DNA from: Elainellaceae cyanobacterium
Lineage (GTDB): Bacteria > Cyanobacteriota > Cyanobacteriia > CAKZMO01
Direction of reading: 5' to 3'
Assembly (NCBI GenBank): GCA_050331115.1
Contig: JBHJHD010000040.1
Location: forward strand, 3,935 to 67,934
Length of the DNA: 64,000 nt
The translations under genes were made by a program, and so were the position numbers. The notes beneath the pieces are model-generated. The model was not told the DNA's origin. It searched no databases and saw only the letters and a program-made list of their open reading frames with translations. This document shows, one piece after another, positions 29,595 through 38,581 of the stretch; position 1 is the first letter of the stretch; each line of letters begins with the position of its first letter.

Positions 29595-30308
29595 ATGCTG
29601 CAGCTGCTGCTGATTCGTCACGCCGAGTCGGTGGGCAACGCTGAGGGGCGAATGGTGGGGCAGCGCCACGACCCGCTTACCGCCTTGGGGCGTTGGCAGG
29701 CCCGGCGGCTCGGCGATCGCCTCAATCACCTTTCTCCGGTCTGCATCTACGCCAGCCCGCTGCAGCGGGCGGCGGAAACGGCAGTCATCCTTCGGCAGGT
29801 CCTTCAAGCAGCACAAGCTACCGCCCCGCCCATTCTCTACCGGCCCGACCTGCAGGAGTTCCAAAACGGCGTCTTTGCTGGGCTAACCTGGGCCGAGGCC
29901 TCAGAACGCCACCCCCAACTGTGCCGCCGGCTTATGGCCTCTAGCGACTGGGTCCCCATCCCTGGGGCAGAGACCCTACAGTGCGGGCGCGATCGCGCCC
30001 GCCGAATTGCAGAGCAGCTCTTGAGCCACCGCAACGGCGACCAGGTTTGGGTGCTGTCCCACCACTGGATATTGCAGCAGGTGGTGTCGACGCTGCTGGG
30101 GAGCGATCGCACCTGGGGGTTTCCGCTGGCGCACACCGGCCTGATCGAGCTCAGGCTAGACCGCGATCGCTGGTCTGCGTCAGAACAAGCCCTCAACAGC
30201 TCGCTTTGGCAAATTCATCGGTTCAATGACGCTGGCCACCTCGAAGCGGCTAGCCCGCAAATCGAGCCAGCGGCCGGCGGCGAAGAATCAGGGTCGGATC
30301 AATCTTGA
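29595..30308 (+). CDS. Histidine phosphatase (phosphoglycerate mutase) family protein
   Basis: LLLIRHAESVGNAEGRMVG (RHG-type motif) and a later SHH segment. Confidence 0.8.
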   Translation: MLQLLLIRHAESVGNAEGRMVGQRHDPLTALGRWQARRLGDRLNHLSPVCIYASPLQRAAETAVILRQVLQAAQATAPPILYRPDLQEFQNGVFAGLTWAEASERHPQLCRRLMASSDWVPIPGAETLQCGRDRARRIAEQLLSHRNGDQVWVLSHHWILQQVVSTLLGSDRTWGFPLAHTGLIELRLDRDRWSASEQALNSSLWQIHRFNDAGHLEAASPQIEPAAGGEESGSDQS

Positions 30309-31008
30309 CAACCGCCTCCTCGAGCGGCAGGCAGCGCTCGGCCTTGGTGTAGATATTCACTTGATAGACCTGCTGATGCGTAATATCTACCCCGGTCAGC
30401 CAGCCGCTGCGAGGATGGTAAGCGCCTGTATCGATGTCGAGCCAACCCGCTCCCCGGACAAGGGCACCAGGCACAATGTCAGGCAGCGTAAAGGTAATCG
30501 TATGCCCGGTGATGATCAGCTTATCTCTAAAGTAAGGACGGCGGGTGCTGTGAAACTTTTGCCGAATCCAGCACAGATCCTGCTTGGTTTGCTCCTCAAG
30601 CCGCACGTCTGGGTTGACGCCAGCATGGACCAGCCAGACCTCGCCCAAGTCTAAGTAAGTCGGCCAAGATTGGATCCAGCTGAGCTGTCTTAGCAGCTCA
30701 TACACGCTGTTAAAGCTGTCTAGCGTAGCCTGTCCGCCGCTGTAAAGCCACGCCGCTAAGCTTGAGGACGATGCTTTGCCGTTTGGAAATGCGTCCAGAA
30801 GCATTTGCTCGTGGTTGCCCAATAGGGAGATATAGCCCTGCTGCCTTACAAGCGCTAGCACCTGGGCACTCTTAGGGCCTCGATCGATGAGGTCACCTAA
30901 AAAGTAGACGTGATCATCCGAGGTCGGACTAACGGCATTGAGCAGCCGAATTAACCCGTCGTACTGCCCATGCACATCTCCAATTATGATCTGACGGCTT
31001 TGAAACAC
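30250..31008 (-). CDS. PPP-family metallophosphoesterase (PrpA/ApaH-like Ser/Thr phosphatase)
   Basis: GDVHGQ, GDLIDRGP and GNHE motifs. GTG start. Confidence 0.85.
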   Translation of the reverse strand: MFQSRQIIIGDVHGQYDGLIRLLNAVSPTSDDHVYFLGDLIDRGPKSAQVLALVRQQGYISLLGNHEQMLLDAFPNGKASSSSLAAWLYSGGQATLDSFNSVYELLRQLSWIQSWPTYLDLGEVWLVHAGVNPDVRLEEQTKQDLCWIRQKFHSTRRPYFRDKLIITGHTITFTLPDIVPGALVRGAGWLDIDTGAYHPRSGWLTGVDITHQQVYQVNIYTKAERCLPLEEAVVKIDPTLILRRRPLARFAG

Positions 31009-31368
31009 GTCTCGAACCTCTGCTTGCTATCCAAGTCAGGCTGAGGGCTAGCTACGCTAATTTATCTCAACTTGGCTGGCTGATATTTGGCACAATGGAG
31101 CACTGATTTAACCCACCACTGCCGAAGGGCAGCGACTCGGCTAAAGCTCTGGTCTAAATTCCTCCGCTATAGCGAACTCTCCTCTGCTAACGTACAAGGT
31201 CTGAAACAGCAGTTGCCTGAAACTGAAGCGTTATTAATTGAATCTTTACGAATAATGCCGATGGTTTTACTAGCTTGACGTTTTGTTGTACCTTAGGCCC
31301 TCAGCCCACTAGTTCAGCGCTCTAGCCCACTGAATCAGCGTTCTGGTTTACTGGCTTAGCGCTCTGGT

Positions 31369-32082
31369 TTACTGGCTCAACGCCTTCAAGAATGTCTGCA
31401 GCTCAGACAACAGGCTGCGTCGCGGGGCCCGTTTTGAGCCGTCTGGCTCTAAGATACCCGCTAGCATCTGATCGATCTCATCGCCGCTGGGCCGAGTATC
31501 GCGATCGCCCACCAGTTCGTAGTCATCCTCCACCTGCCGCCACACCTGCCATGGGCTCGGGTAGCAGCGAAACAGCGCCGCCTCATTGAGGGGCCGCAGA
31601 TAGTAACAGGGCTCGAACAGGCTCAAGAAGCGCTCGCGCAGCTGCCGGGCGGCGTAGCCAATGCCGACAACCGCCACATCCTCTAGGCTAGGGTTGAGCA
31701 TAATTACGGGGCGATCGCCCGCCGCTTGGCAGAGCGTTTCAACCTGAGTGACCTCAACAGCAGAGGGCTCCACGAAAACGAACATCGTCTCATCCTCCTG
31801 AAACAAGGCGTTGACGTCGCTAATCCCGCGAATTACGAAGGGCTTGTCCCCCCAGTCTCGCCGAGCCAGCGCTGCTGAACCCGCATCGGGAAACACGACG
31901 CGCAGCGCATCACCAAGAGATTCAAAGTCGCTCAAAAACGCCTGGGCAACCGGCATGACCTTCAGTTCTGGAAACAGCATCTCCACCTGAAGACGCTGAT
32001 AGCCATCGGCCAGCGCTGCCTGAGTCGCCCCGCGCGCTTGAGCGACGGCTTCGTCCAAATTTTTAGGTAAGGAGGTCGACAT
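31369..32082 (-). CDS. DUF1995-like protein
   Basis: 237 aa. LPKNLDEAVAQARGATQAALADGYQRLQVEMLFPELK matches my recollection of the cyanobacterial/plastid DUF1995 family. Confidence 0.5.
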   Translation of the reverse strand: MSTSLPKNLDEAVAQARGATQAALADGYQRLQVEMLFPELKVMPVAQAFLSDFESLGDALRVVFPDAGSAALARRDWGDKPFVIRGISDVNALFQEDETMFVFVEPSAVEVTQVETLCQAAGDRPVIMLNPSLEDVAVVGIGYAARQLRERFLSLFEPCYYLRPLNEAALFRCYPSPWQVWRQVEDDYELVGDRDTRPSGDEIDQMLAGILEPDGSKRAPRRSLLSELQTFLKALSQ

Positions 32083-32186
32083 CTGTAGGGGTACTAGTTT
32101 CTGAAGTTAGGCTTGCTAGTCTAGCAGATATATTTGCCTGATACTACCATCAACTTCACTCTCGGTTCTGCGGCTGCCAACTGGGC

Positions 32187-34190
32187 TTACTCTAGCTGGG
32201 TTTGTTCTGGGGAGGCTGACTCTGGCTGGGCCGGCGCTTGCCGGGGTAAACCCTCCATCACAATCAGCGCCTCCATGACCGTTTTTGCAGCAGGCGCAGC
32301 CACCGTTCCGCCGTAAGCGTCCTCCCCCTGGGGCTCGTCTACAAGCGCTAAAACGACGTACTTGGGCATGTTGGCTGGCAGGACGCCGACAAAGCTGGTG
32401 ACGCGAGATTCTGAATAGCCGCCTGAGACGCTGGCCTTTTGCGCCGTTCCGGTTTTACCGGCAAGCCGGTAGTTTGCGATCTGAGCCGACTGTCCGGTGC
32501 CCTTGGTCATCACGTCTTCCATCATCCCCATCACGAGGCGGCTTGTCCTTGGGGAAAAGACCCGCTGCGCTCCGGGGCGCTCTGGCCGCCAGTGGGAGGT
32601 ATCGCTGCTGTCGACTAAGCCTTCAACCACGTGCGGGGTAACGAGCGTGCCCCCATTGGCTAGGGCCGCGTGGAGCTGCAGCAGGTGAATTGGCGAAAGC
32701 GATAGGCCTTGGCCAAACGCGGCTGTGGCCGACTCTACAGGGGAGAGCGTAAACTGCTCCCGAGATTTGAGCAAGCTGGCGGACTCAAACGGCAAGTCGA
32801 TGCCGGTCTCTTTCTGTAGCCCCAGGCGCTCTAGCCAGGTGTAGTAGTCGCCCCGCGACAGGCGTCGCATGATGTTCACCATGCCCACATTGCTGGAGTA
32901 CTGAAGCACCTCGCTGACGCTGAGCGCCCCGCGGCTGCCAACTGTTTGGTAGTCAAAGTTTTGGATGGGCCAGTCATCGACGGCAATGCGTCCCTCATCG
33001 TTAACCACATCTTCGGGCTGCAGGTGACCCGACTCCAAGGCGATCGCCACGTTGATGGGCTTGAAGGTCGACCCGGGCTCATAGAGGTCGCTCAAAACCC
33101 AGTTTTTGAGCTGGTCGATATCCGAGTTGTAGTACTGGTTAGGATCGTAGACCGGCATCGTCGCCATCACCCGCAGCGCCCCGCTGTGGACATCCATAAC
33201 TAAGACGGTTCCTTTCGCGGCGCTAAAGGCCTCGACCTGCTCCTGCAGAGCGCGGTGGGCAACCTGCTGCAGCCTGCTGTCGAGGGTGAGCTTCAGGCTC
33301 AGGTCGTCGTGGCGAAGTAGCTCAGTCGGTACGCCGCTGGAGACAACGCCGCCATTTCCCCCTCGAATTAGCTCAGCAGGCTCAAATGGTCGGGCGAGCT
33401 GATCCTGATAGCTCTGCTCAACGCCTACCTGGCCCTGGCCATCAGAGTCAACATAGCCCGTCGTGTGGGCCAAAACTCCTGCATGGGGGTAAAATCGCTC
33501 CCGCTTAGAGGTCAGCTCTAGGCCGTCTAGGTAGAGTCGGCGAATTTGGTTGGCCGTCTCCTGGGTCAGCCCCTCCTGCAGGTGGATACCGCTGGCGGCG
33601 GTGCTGAGCCGCTCTTGGAGCTGGCCAGCATCCTGCTTAAGTAGGGGAGCGAGCTTGGCGGCAACTTCGCCGAGGTAGTCGGGAGACGGGTCAGAGAAAA
33701 GCTGTGGGTGGGCGTAGAGCGTATAGACCTGGCGATCGGTAGCGACGACGCGATTTTGCCGGTCTACGATCGGTCGGCGTGAGATCAGCGGCATCACCGA
33801 CACCTTCCGCTGGCTCTCGGCCTGCTGCGTCAGCGCATCCCCTTGGATAATCTGTAGGTAGAACAGCTTCACGCTCAGCCCAGCGATCGCCAATACGAGC
33901 AGCAGCCAGGCGGCAACTAAGCGAGACTTTGGGCAGCGGCGGCTGGCGGGGGCGGGCATTAGGCGAGGCTGCCTAGCGCGAGATTGCGCCGCCAAAGACT
34001 GCGCCGCCAAAGACTGCGCCGCGCTATGACGCGCTATGGGTCTAGGGGCCTGGGGGCGACCCGCTTTGGCCCGGTTGACGCGGCCCTGCCCAGCACTGGC
34101 GCGACGAGCGCCTGCAGCGCCGCCTGGAGTAGCCCCCATCCGCTGGGTTGAGCGAGGCCGTTTGCGACGCGGAGAAGCGCGGTGAATCAT
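32187..34190 (-). CDS. ftsI: Peptidoglycan D,D-transpeptidase FtsI (class B PBP)
   Basis: SxxK (STFKP), SSN and KTGT motifs, a TM anchor LVAAWLLLVLAIAGL, and a basic N-terminal extension containing AAQSL x3. Confidence 0.85.
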   Translation of the reverse strand: MIHRASPRRKRPRSTQRMGATPGGAAGARRASAGQGRVNRAKAGRPQAPRPIARHSAAQSLAAQSLAAQSRARQPRLMPAPASRRCPKSRLVAAWLLLVLAIAGLSVKLFYLQIIQGDALTQQAESQRKVSVMPLISRRPIVDRQNRVVATDRQVYTLYAHPQLFSDPSPDYLGEVAAKLAPLLKQDAGQLQERLSTAASGIHLQEGLTQETANQIRRLYLDGLELTSKRERFYPHAGVLAHTTGYVDSDGQGQVGVEQSYQDQLARPFEPAELIRGGNGGVVSSGVPTELLRHDDLSLKLTLDSRLQQVAHRALQEQVEAFSAAKGTVLVMDVHSGALRVMATMPVYDPNQYYNSDIDQLKNWVLSDLYEPGSTFKPINVAIALESGHLQPEDVVNDEGRIAVDDWPIQNFDYQTVGSRGALSVSEVLQYSSNVGMVNIMRRLSRGDYYTWLERLGLQKETGIDLPFESASLLKSREQFTLSPVESATAAFGQGLSLSPIHLLQLHAALANGGTLVTPHVVEGLVDSSDTSHWRPERPGAQRVFSPRTSRLVMGMMEDVMTKGTGQSAQIANYRLAGKTGTAQKASVSGGYSESRVTSFVGVLPANMPKYVVLALVDEPQGEDAYGGTVAAPAAKTVMEALIVMEGLPRQAPAQPESASPEQTQLE

Positions 34191-34204
34191 GCTGCTGTGC
34201 GGCC

Positions 34205-34780
34205 TCAGTATCCGATGGGTTGAGGAACGGTCCAGTCAAACGCTTGAGGCGCTGCCGGCTCGGCAAGCGCGGGCCGAGGGGCAGTCGGAGATAGCTCAAC
34301 CACATCTTCGGGCTTGAGCGGCTGCAGCTCAGAAGCGGCCTCACTGGGCTGTAGGATCTGCGCCTCGAACGCCCCTGTCGCCGTCCTGAGCTGCTGTTCC
34401 TGGAGCTGTAGCAGCTCAGAGCGGCTGTACAGATTCGACCAGCGCTGCTGGGAGTAGACCGTCCATCCGTAGAGGGTTAGAGCGATCGCGGTAATCGCAG
34501 AGGCGCATATAAAAGAGCTTCGCTGGGCCAAGATCAGCGCCTGTAGACCTTTGGGATACCGGCGGCGGCGCCCTGTAAAGGTGGCGACGGGCGAGCGGGC
34601 TGCGATGGGTGGGCTAGCCGCCGCGGCGCTGGGGCGGTGGAGCTGGGGGACTGGAGCTAAGGCAACTGCTCCCCTGACCTGTAGCGCCGATGGGCTAGGC
34701 GGGGCGGATTGCGATCGCCGCGATCGCGGCCGACGTTGAGCTATAGCGTACTGGGGGATAGGACGATTTGGCACGGACAT
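34205..34780 (-). CDS. Single-pass membrane protein, possibly FtsL/DivIC-like
   Basis: Lies directly upstream of ftsI. It has one TM segment (ICASAITAIALTLYGWTVY) followed by a heptad-like LLQLQEQQLR. ATG 34780 is preferred to the track start. Function is inferred from position only. Confidence 0.4.
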   Translation of the reverse strand: MSVPNRPIPQYAIAQRRPRSRRSQSAPPSPSALQVRGAVALAPVPQLHRPSAAAASPPIAARSPVATFTGRRRRYPKGLQALILAQRSSFICASAITAIALTLYGWTVYSQQRWSNLYSRSELLQLQEQQLRTATGAFEAQILQPSEAASELQPLKPEDVVELSPTAPRPALAEPAAPQAFDWTVPQPIGY

Positions 34781-35399
34781 AATACCCTTAGACTTGGCCT
34801 TGGAGCGTGGCAGCGAGCAGAGCACCAGTAATAGGCAGAAGCGGAAACTGCAGCCAATTGTCGCAGTAGTGGAGTAAGCCTCTTGTCCACACCGCGTAGA
34901 AGTGACCGCAAGACTCTGGACATCGCCCGAAATTCAGCTCAGGTAGAGTATCACAGCACTTCACAATCAATATAGCCTCCGCGCACCAAAATTCCAATCG
35001 CCTTTCTCAATATGTCTTAGATAAGATATTGATTGGGGTCAAAGGGAGAAGAGTGACTAACCGATACCGATAGCCTTAGCAGAGCCGCTGTCGCTGTTCT
35101 TTGTCGGGGCGATTGAGCAGGGTTACTGGGGCTATATGAGGACAGACTAAGGGGGGTGAAACAGGAGCATAACGCTTTAACCAATGCTTTTTAAGCATCC
35201 TCTAAGCATCGCCATAACCGAATATTGCCCCTGTGTGGGTGAAAATAGCATCTACTAATTGACTCAATCTACGGCGATCTAAAGCATCTGTCGAAGAGAC
35301 TTGTTTCTGCATAAAGACTGACGCATAACTGATTCCGATAGCGATCTTTGCTGCGGACTGTAAATACGATACGAGAAATTACGATACGAGGACAATATA

Positions 35400-36905
35400 G
35401 TGCAGGCAGACACGAATCTTGGGCGTAAGCTAGCCAATCGATATCAGCTTATGAGACCTCTAGGACAGGGCTCTATGGGCCGGGTATATGCCGCTAAAGA
35501 TTTAACCCTTGGTGGCGTTATGGTGGCCGTCAAGTTTCTGGCACAGACGCTCCTCAACCGGCAAATGCGCGATCGCTTTGAGCAAGAAGCTCAGACCTGC
35601 GCCATTTTGGGCCAGCGCAATATTCACATTGTGCGGGTCACGGACTACGGCATTGACGATCGTAAGGTGCCCTTTTATGTGATGGAGCATTTGATCGGTC
35701 AGAGCTTAGCTGACGTTATTCGCTACAACCCCCTCCCAGTGCCCCAGTTCTTAGACGTGTCTCGTCAAACCTGTCTGGGGCTGCAGCGGGCGCACCAGGG
35801 CATTGAAATCGACGACAACACCATTCCAGTTATCCACCGTGATATCAAACCTAGTAATATTTTCATCGCCGAGAACGATACTTTAGGCAACCTAGTTAAG
35901 GTGCTAGATTTTGGCATCGCCAAACTACGTCAGGCCGAGGCCCAGCAGACCGACTGCTTCATGGGCACCCTGGCCTACGCATCCCCCGAGCAGATGGAAG
36001 GTCAAAATCTCGATCAGCGCTCAGACATCTACAGCCTTGGCGTCATGATGTTTCAGATGCTGACGGGCAAGCTTCCTCTGCAGCCCACCAATAACAACTT
36101 TGGCGGCTGGTATCAGGCTCACCGCAAGATGCGTCCGCTGTCCATCGATGTGGCTCGGCCCGGACTGCGCATTCCAAAAGATCTAGGTGTCTTAATCATG
36201 AGCTGTATTGCTAAGTCACCTAAGCGTCGCCCGCAGCACGTCAGCGAGATTCTAGAGCGGCTAGCGCCGATTATGGAAAAGGCAGCGGCTTACCCCTCTA
36301 CCGTCCATGCCAAACCAAAGCGGGATACCACCTCATTTACTGTTGAAGCGCTTTGTCGACGTGCCATATGGCCTCAGGATAAACCCAAGGCCGAGATTGT
36401 CTTTCCCCAATTGATGAAGGTCAAAGACGAGGTGTTTGTGACCCTTTGGGTGATGCTGCCCTACAAGGACATTGAACGCATTGCGGCGGCAATCCCCTAC
36501 AACAAATTTATGTTCATCGCCTCACCGCATCCGGTTTTGCTCTGGGCAACGGTGCTCTATAACCACGAGCACAGCCCTAGATGGCTGCCCTGCTACCTTG
36601 ATCTAAAAACAAATCAGGGGCAGCAAATGCTGCGAATCTTGAGCCAAACTAAGCACTATCGACTACTGTGCTTCTCTTTAGAAGACGCCCAGAGCTGCTC
36701 CTACGTGAAGCTGCTCACCATTACAGAACCGTCGGTACTGGTGAAGCCAGAACTCCTCGATACTCAAGCTAAGCGACTCACTGAGTTTGCGGTCATGGGT
36801 CATGCCGCTCCCGCCTCTGACTTCAGCCTCAGTAAATCAGTTCTAAAGGCTGAGCTAGAGAAGCTGAAACCCTCTATTGCCCATAAGCTAGAGGCCATTC
36901 GCTAG
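35400..36905 (+). CDS. Ser/Thr protein kinase with uncharacterised C-terminal domain of about 200 aa
   Basis: GQGSMGRVY, VAVK, HRDIKPSNIF, DFGIAK and SPEQ motifs. GTG start. Confidence 0.85.
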   Translation: MQADTNLGRKLANRYQLMRPLGQGSMGRVYAAKDLTLGGVMVAVKFLAQTLLNRQMRDRFEQEAQTCAILGQRNIHIVRVTDYGIDDRKVPFYVMEHLIGQSLADVIRYNPLPVPQFLDVSRQTCLGLQRAHQGIEIDDNTIPVIHRDIKPSNIFIAENDTLGNLVKVLDFGIAKLRQAEAQQTDCFMGTLAYASPEQMEGQNLDQRSDIYSLGVMMFQMLTGKLPLQPTNNNFGGWYQAHRKMRPLSIDVARPGLRIPKDLGVLIMSCIAKSPKRRPQHVSEILERLAPIMEKAAAYPSTVHAKPKRDTTSFTVEALCRRAIWPQDKPKAEIVFPQLMKVKDEVFVTLWVMLPYKDIERIAAAIPYNKFMFIASPHPVLLWATVLYNHEHSPRWLPCYLDLKTNQGQQMLRILSQTKHYRLLCFSLEDAQSCSYVKLLTITEPSVLVKPELLDTQAKRLTEFAVMGHAAPASDFSLSKSVLKAELEKLKPSIAHKLEAIR

Positions 36906-36924
36906 CGCTTTTATAAACGCAGCA

Positions 36925-37809
36925 CTAGCGCTCTGGCGGGAAGTAAAGTACCGGATGCCAGCTGCGCCGGAGCAGCTCACCCGCAAAGCTGGGAGAGGAT
37001 AGCTCTATAAGTTTGCCAAAGCTGTCAGAAGAAATGGCGATCGCCGTAATGTCGTACTCCATCGCCGCATGAAGCAGTTCAGGAATACCCTGACCCTGGC
37101 GAATAATCGTCTCTACCGATAGCCCTAGCGTTTCTAGCTTTGGCTTGACCTCATTTAACGACTCTTCAGCCTCCTGCAGCTTGTAGCTTTGCATGTCGCG
37201 CAGCCCCTTGCGGCTGACGTTATCGACGGCGCGAAACAGCAGGCACTCCTTCAAGTACTTATTGGACTGCTCATCAGCGTACTGTTCCACCTTCTGGAGC
37301 GTATACTTTGCGGCGTTGCTCCCATCGTAGGGAAGCAGCAGATAGCGAAACAGGTGCTGACATCGCAAGTCTAGCTCCTCAATCGTGTAGGTTGAGATCA
37401 GCTGCGGCCTGAGAATGAGCAGCGGTATGCGGAGACTTTTGCAGAGGTTGACCGTCGTACTGCCAAACAGCCGCTCCGTTAGGCGACTGCGGCTCGGCAT
37501 GCCGAGAAATACGACCTCAACTTCATGGGCTTTGATGGCTCGAGCGATGTGGTCGGCGGGTTTACCTGATTGAACGTCGATCTCTACAGTCATACCCTCC
37601 GGCACCGAAGGCATCGCGTCAGCTAATCGATCCCGCATCTGCTGCTCCCGCTCCTCGTCCGGTCGGGGAATCTCTCGGTCTTCGGGCAGCGCCAGCGTGT
37701 GGAGAAACGTGATGTGATTAAGGCCCGCCTTCTGAAGGCTGGGCACAAAACGCACAAACCGGTGCAAGCCGTCTTTGAAGTCAGTGCAGATTAGAGCACG
37801 CCGAAACAT
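36925..37809 (-). CDS. Tandem universal stress protein (2 x USP domain)
   Basis: 294 aa with two USP-like halves (ALICTDF...LLILRP and LLLPYDGS...VLYFP). Confidence 0.65.
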   Translation of the reverse strand: MFRRALICTDFKDGLHRFVRFVPSLQKAGLNHITFLHTLALPEDREIPRPDEEREQQMRDRLADAMPSVPEGMTVEIDVQSGKPADHIARAIKAHEVEVVFLGMPSRSRLTERLFGSTTVNLCKSLRIPLLILRPQLISTYTIEELDLRCQHLFRYLLLPYDGSNAAKYTLQKVEQYADEQSNKYLKECLLFRAVDNVSRKGLRDMQSYKLQEAEESLNEVKPKLETLGLSVETIIRQGQGIPELLHAAMEYDITAIAISSDSFGKLIELSSPSFAGELLRRSWHPVLYFPPER

Positions 37810-38107
37810 AGGTATTCTGCCGCTAGTTGTCTAGCAACTATTTTGCCTTATTTGGACCACATTCCGAATCGGCCCCTGCACATAGATAAGCGCAATATGG
37901 GTTTTATTTTCTAAAGATATAAGCTTTGAAGAACAGGTTGCAGGGCTTGAGATATATAGAATAGAACAATACAAATATCAATAACGCGTAAACGCAGACG
38001 GCTAGCACGGGTAAGGAGCGAGGGAGTAGGCCCCGGCATCTCCAGCCCCTCTCCAAATGGAATCGGGCAAGAGAAGGAGGTCGCCACTTCGACGCAAGAT
38101 GAAACGA

Positions 38108-38305
38108 CTAGTCGAACTTCGGACCTGAATCGATTCCCCATTCGCACTTGAGGAAGTGCTTGTACATGCTCTCACGCATCATCATCTGCTCGTAGAGCTT
38201 GACCAAGAACTCCTGAGCCTGCTCTCGGCTCATGTGAGCGACCTGAGTTTCGAAGGACCGGAGGTTGAACTGCTGCTCTAGGTTTAGTTCACCGGGTTGA
38301 TACAT
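38108..38305 (-). CDS. nblA: Phycobilisome degradation protein NblA
   Basis: MYQPGELNLEQQFNLRSFETQVAHMSREQAQEFLVKLYEQMMMRESMYKHFLKCEWGIDSG closely parallels Anabaena NblA as I remember it. AAGGAG lies 8 nt upstream of ATG 38305; the track ORF is over-extended. Confidence 0.85.
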   Translation of the reverse strand: MYQPGELNLEQQFNLRSFETQVAHMSREQAQEFLVKLYEQMMMRESMYKHFLKCEWGIDSGPKFD

Positions 38306-38373
38306 ACGTGTACTCCTTAATAAAGAAAGGCAAGGGTGAGTATCCGCAGCTGCCAGCCTGCTTGACTGCAACT

Positions 38374-38390
38374 TGTTACAAAGCATAACA
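38374..38390. promoter_or_regulatory. Inverted repeat TGTTA-N7-TAACA upstream of nblA
   Basis: Read directly, about 70-85 nt upstream of the nblA ATG. The spacing does not fit the canonical NtcA GTA-N8-TAC. Confidence 0.25.
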
Positions 38391-38581
38391 AAGGTTTGAC
38401 AAAATGCATATCGCCCCTGGGGGTAAGGTTTGACGGGACAAATGCTTTAGACGCAGGTCAACACCATGGTCTGCAAGGCATTCGATGCATTCTTTGTAGC
38501 AGGTTAAAATTTGTAAAATAGTCAGCCGTGAACCAAATACTGTGCATAGCCCCCAAAATCCCCACGCGGGGCGGAAAGGCT

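Noticed and set aside
31087-31278. 63-codon TTG-started ORF in the 360-bp intergenic region
   Set aside because: It has no RBS and no recognisable motif. An unannotated small gene cannot be excluded, but it is not supported.
37911-38147. 78-aa ORF overlapping the 3' end of nblA
   Set aside because: It overlaps nblA out of frame, has an implausible composition and has no start context.
38306-38581. Canonical NtcA site (GTA-N8-TAC) upstream of nblA
   Set aside because: I checked every GTA on both strands and none has TAC at the correct spacing. Only the off-spacing TGTTA-N7-TAACA is present.
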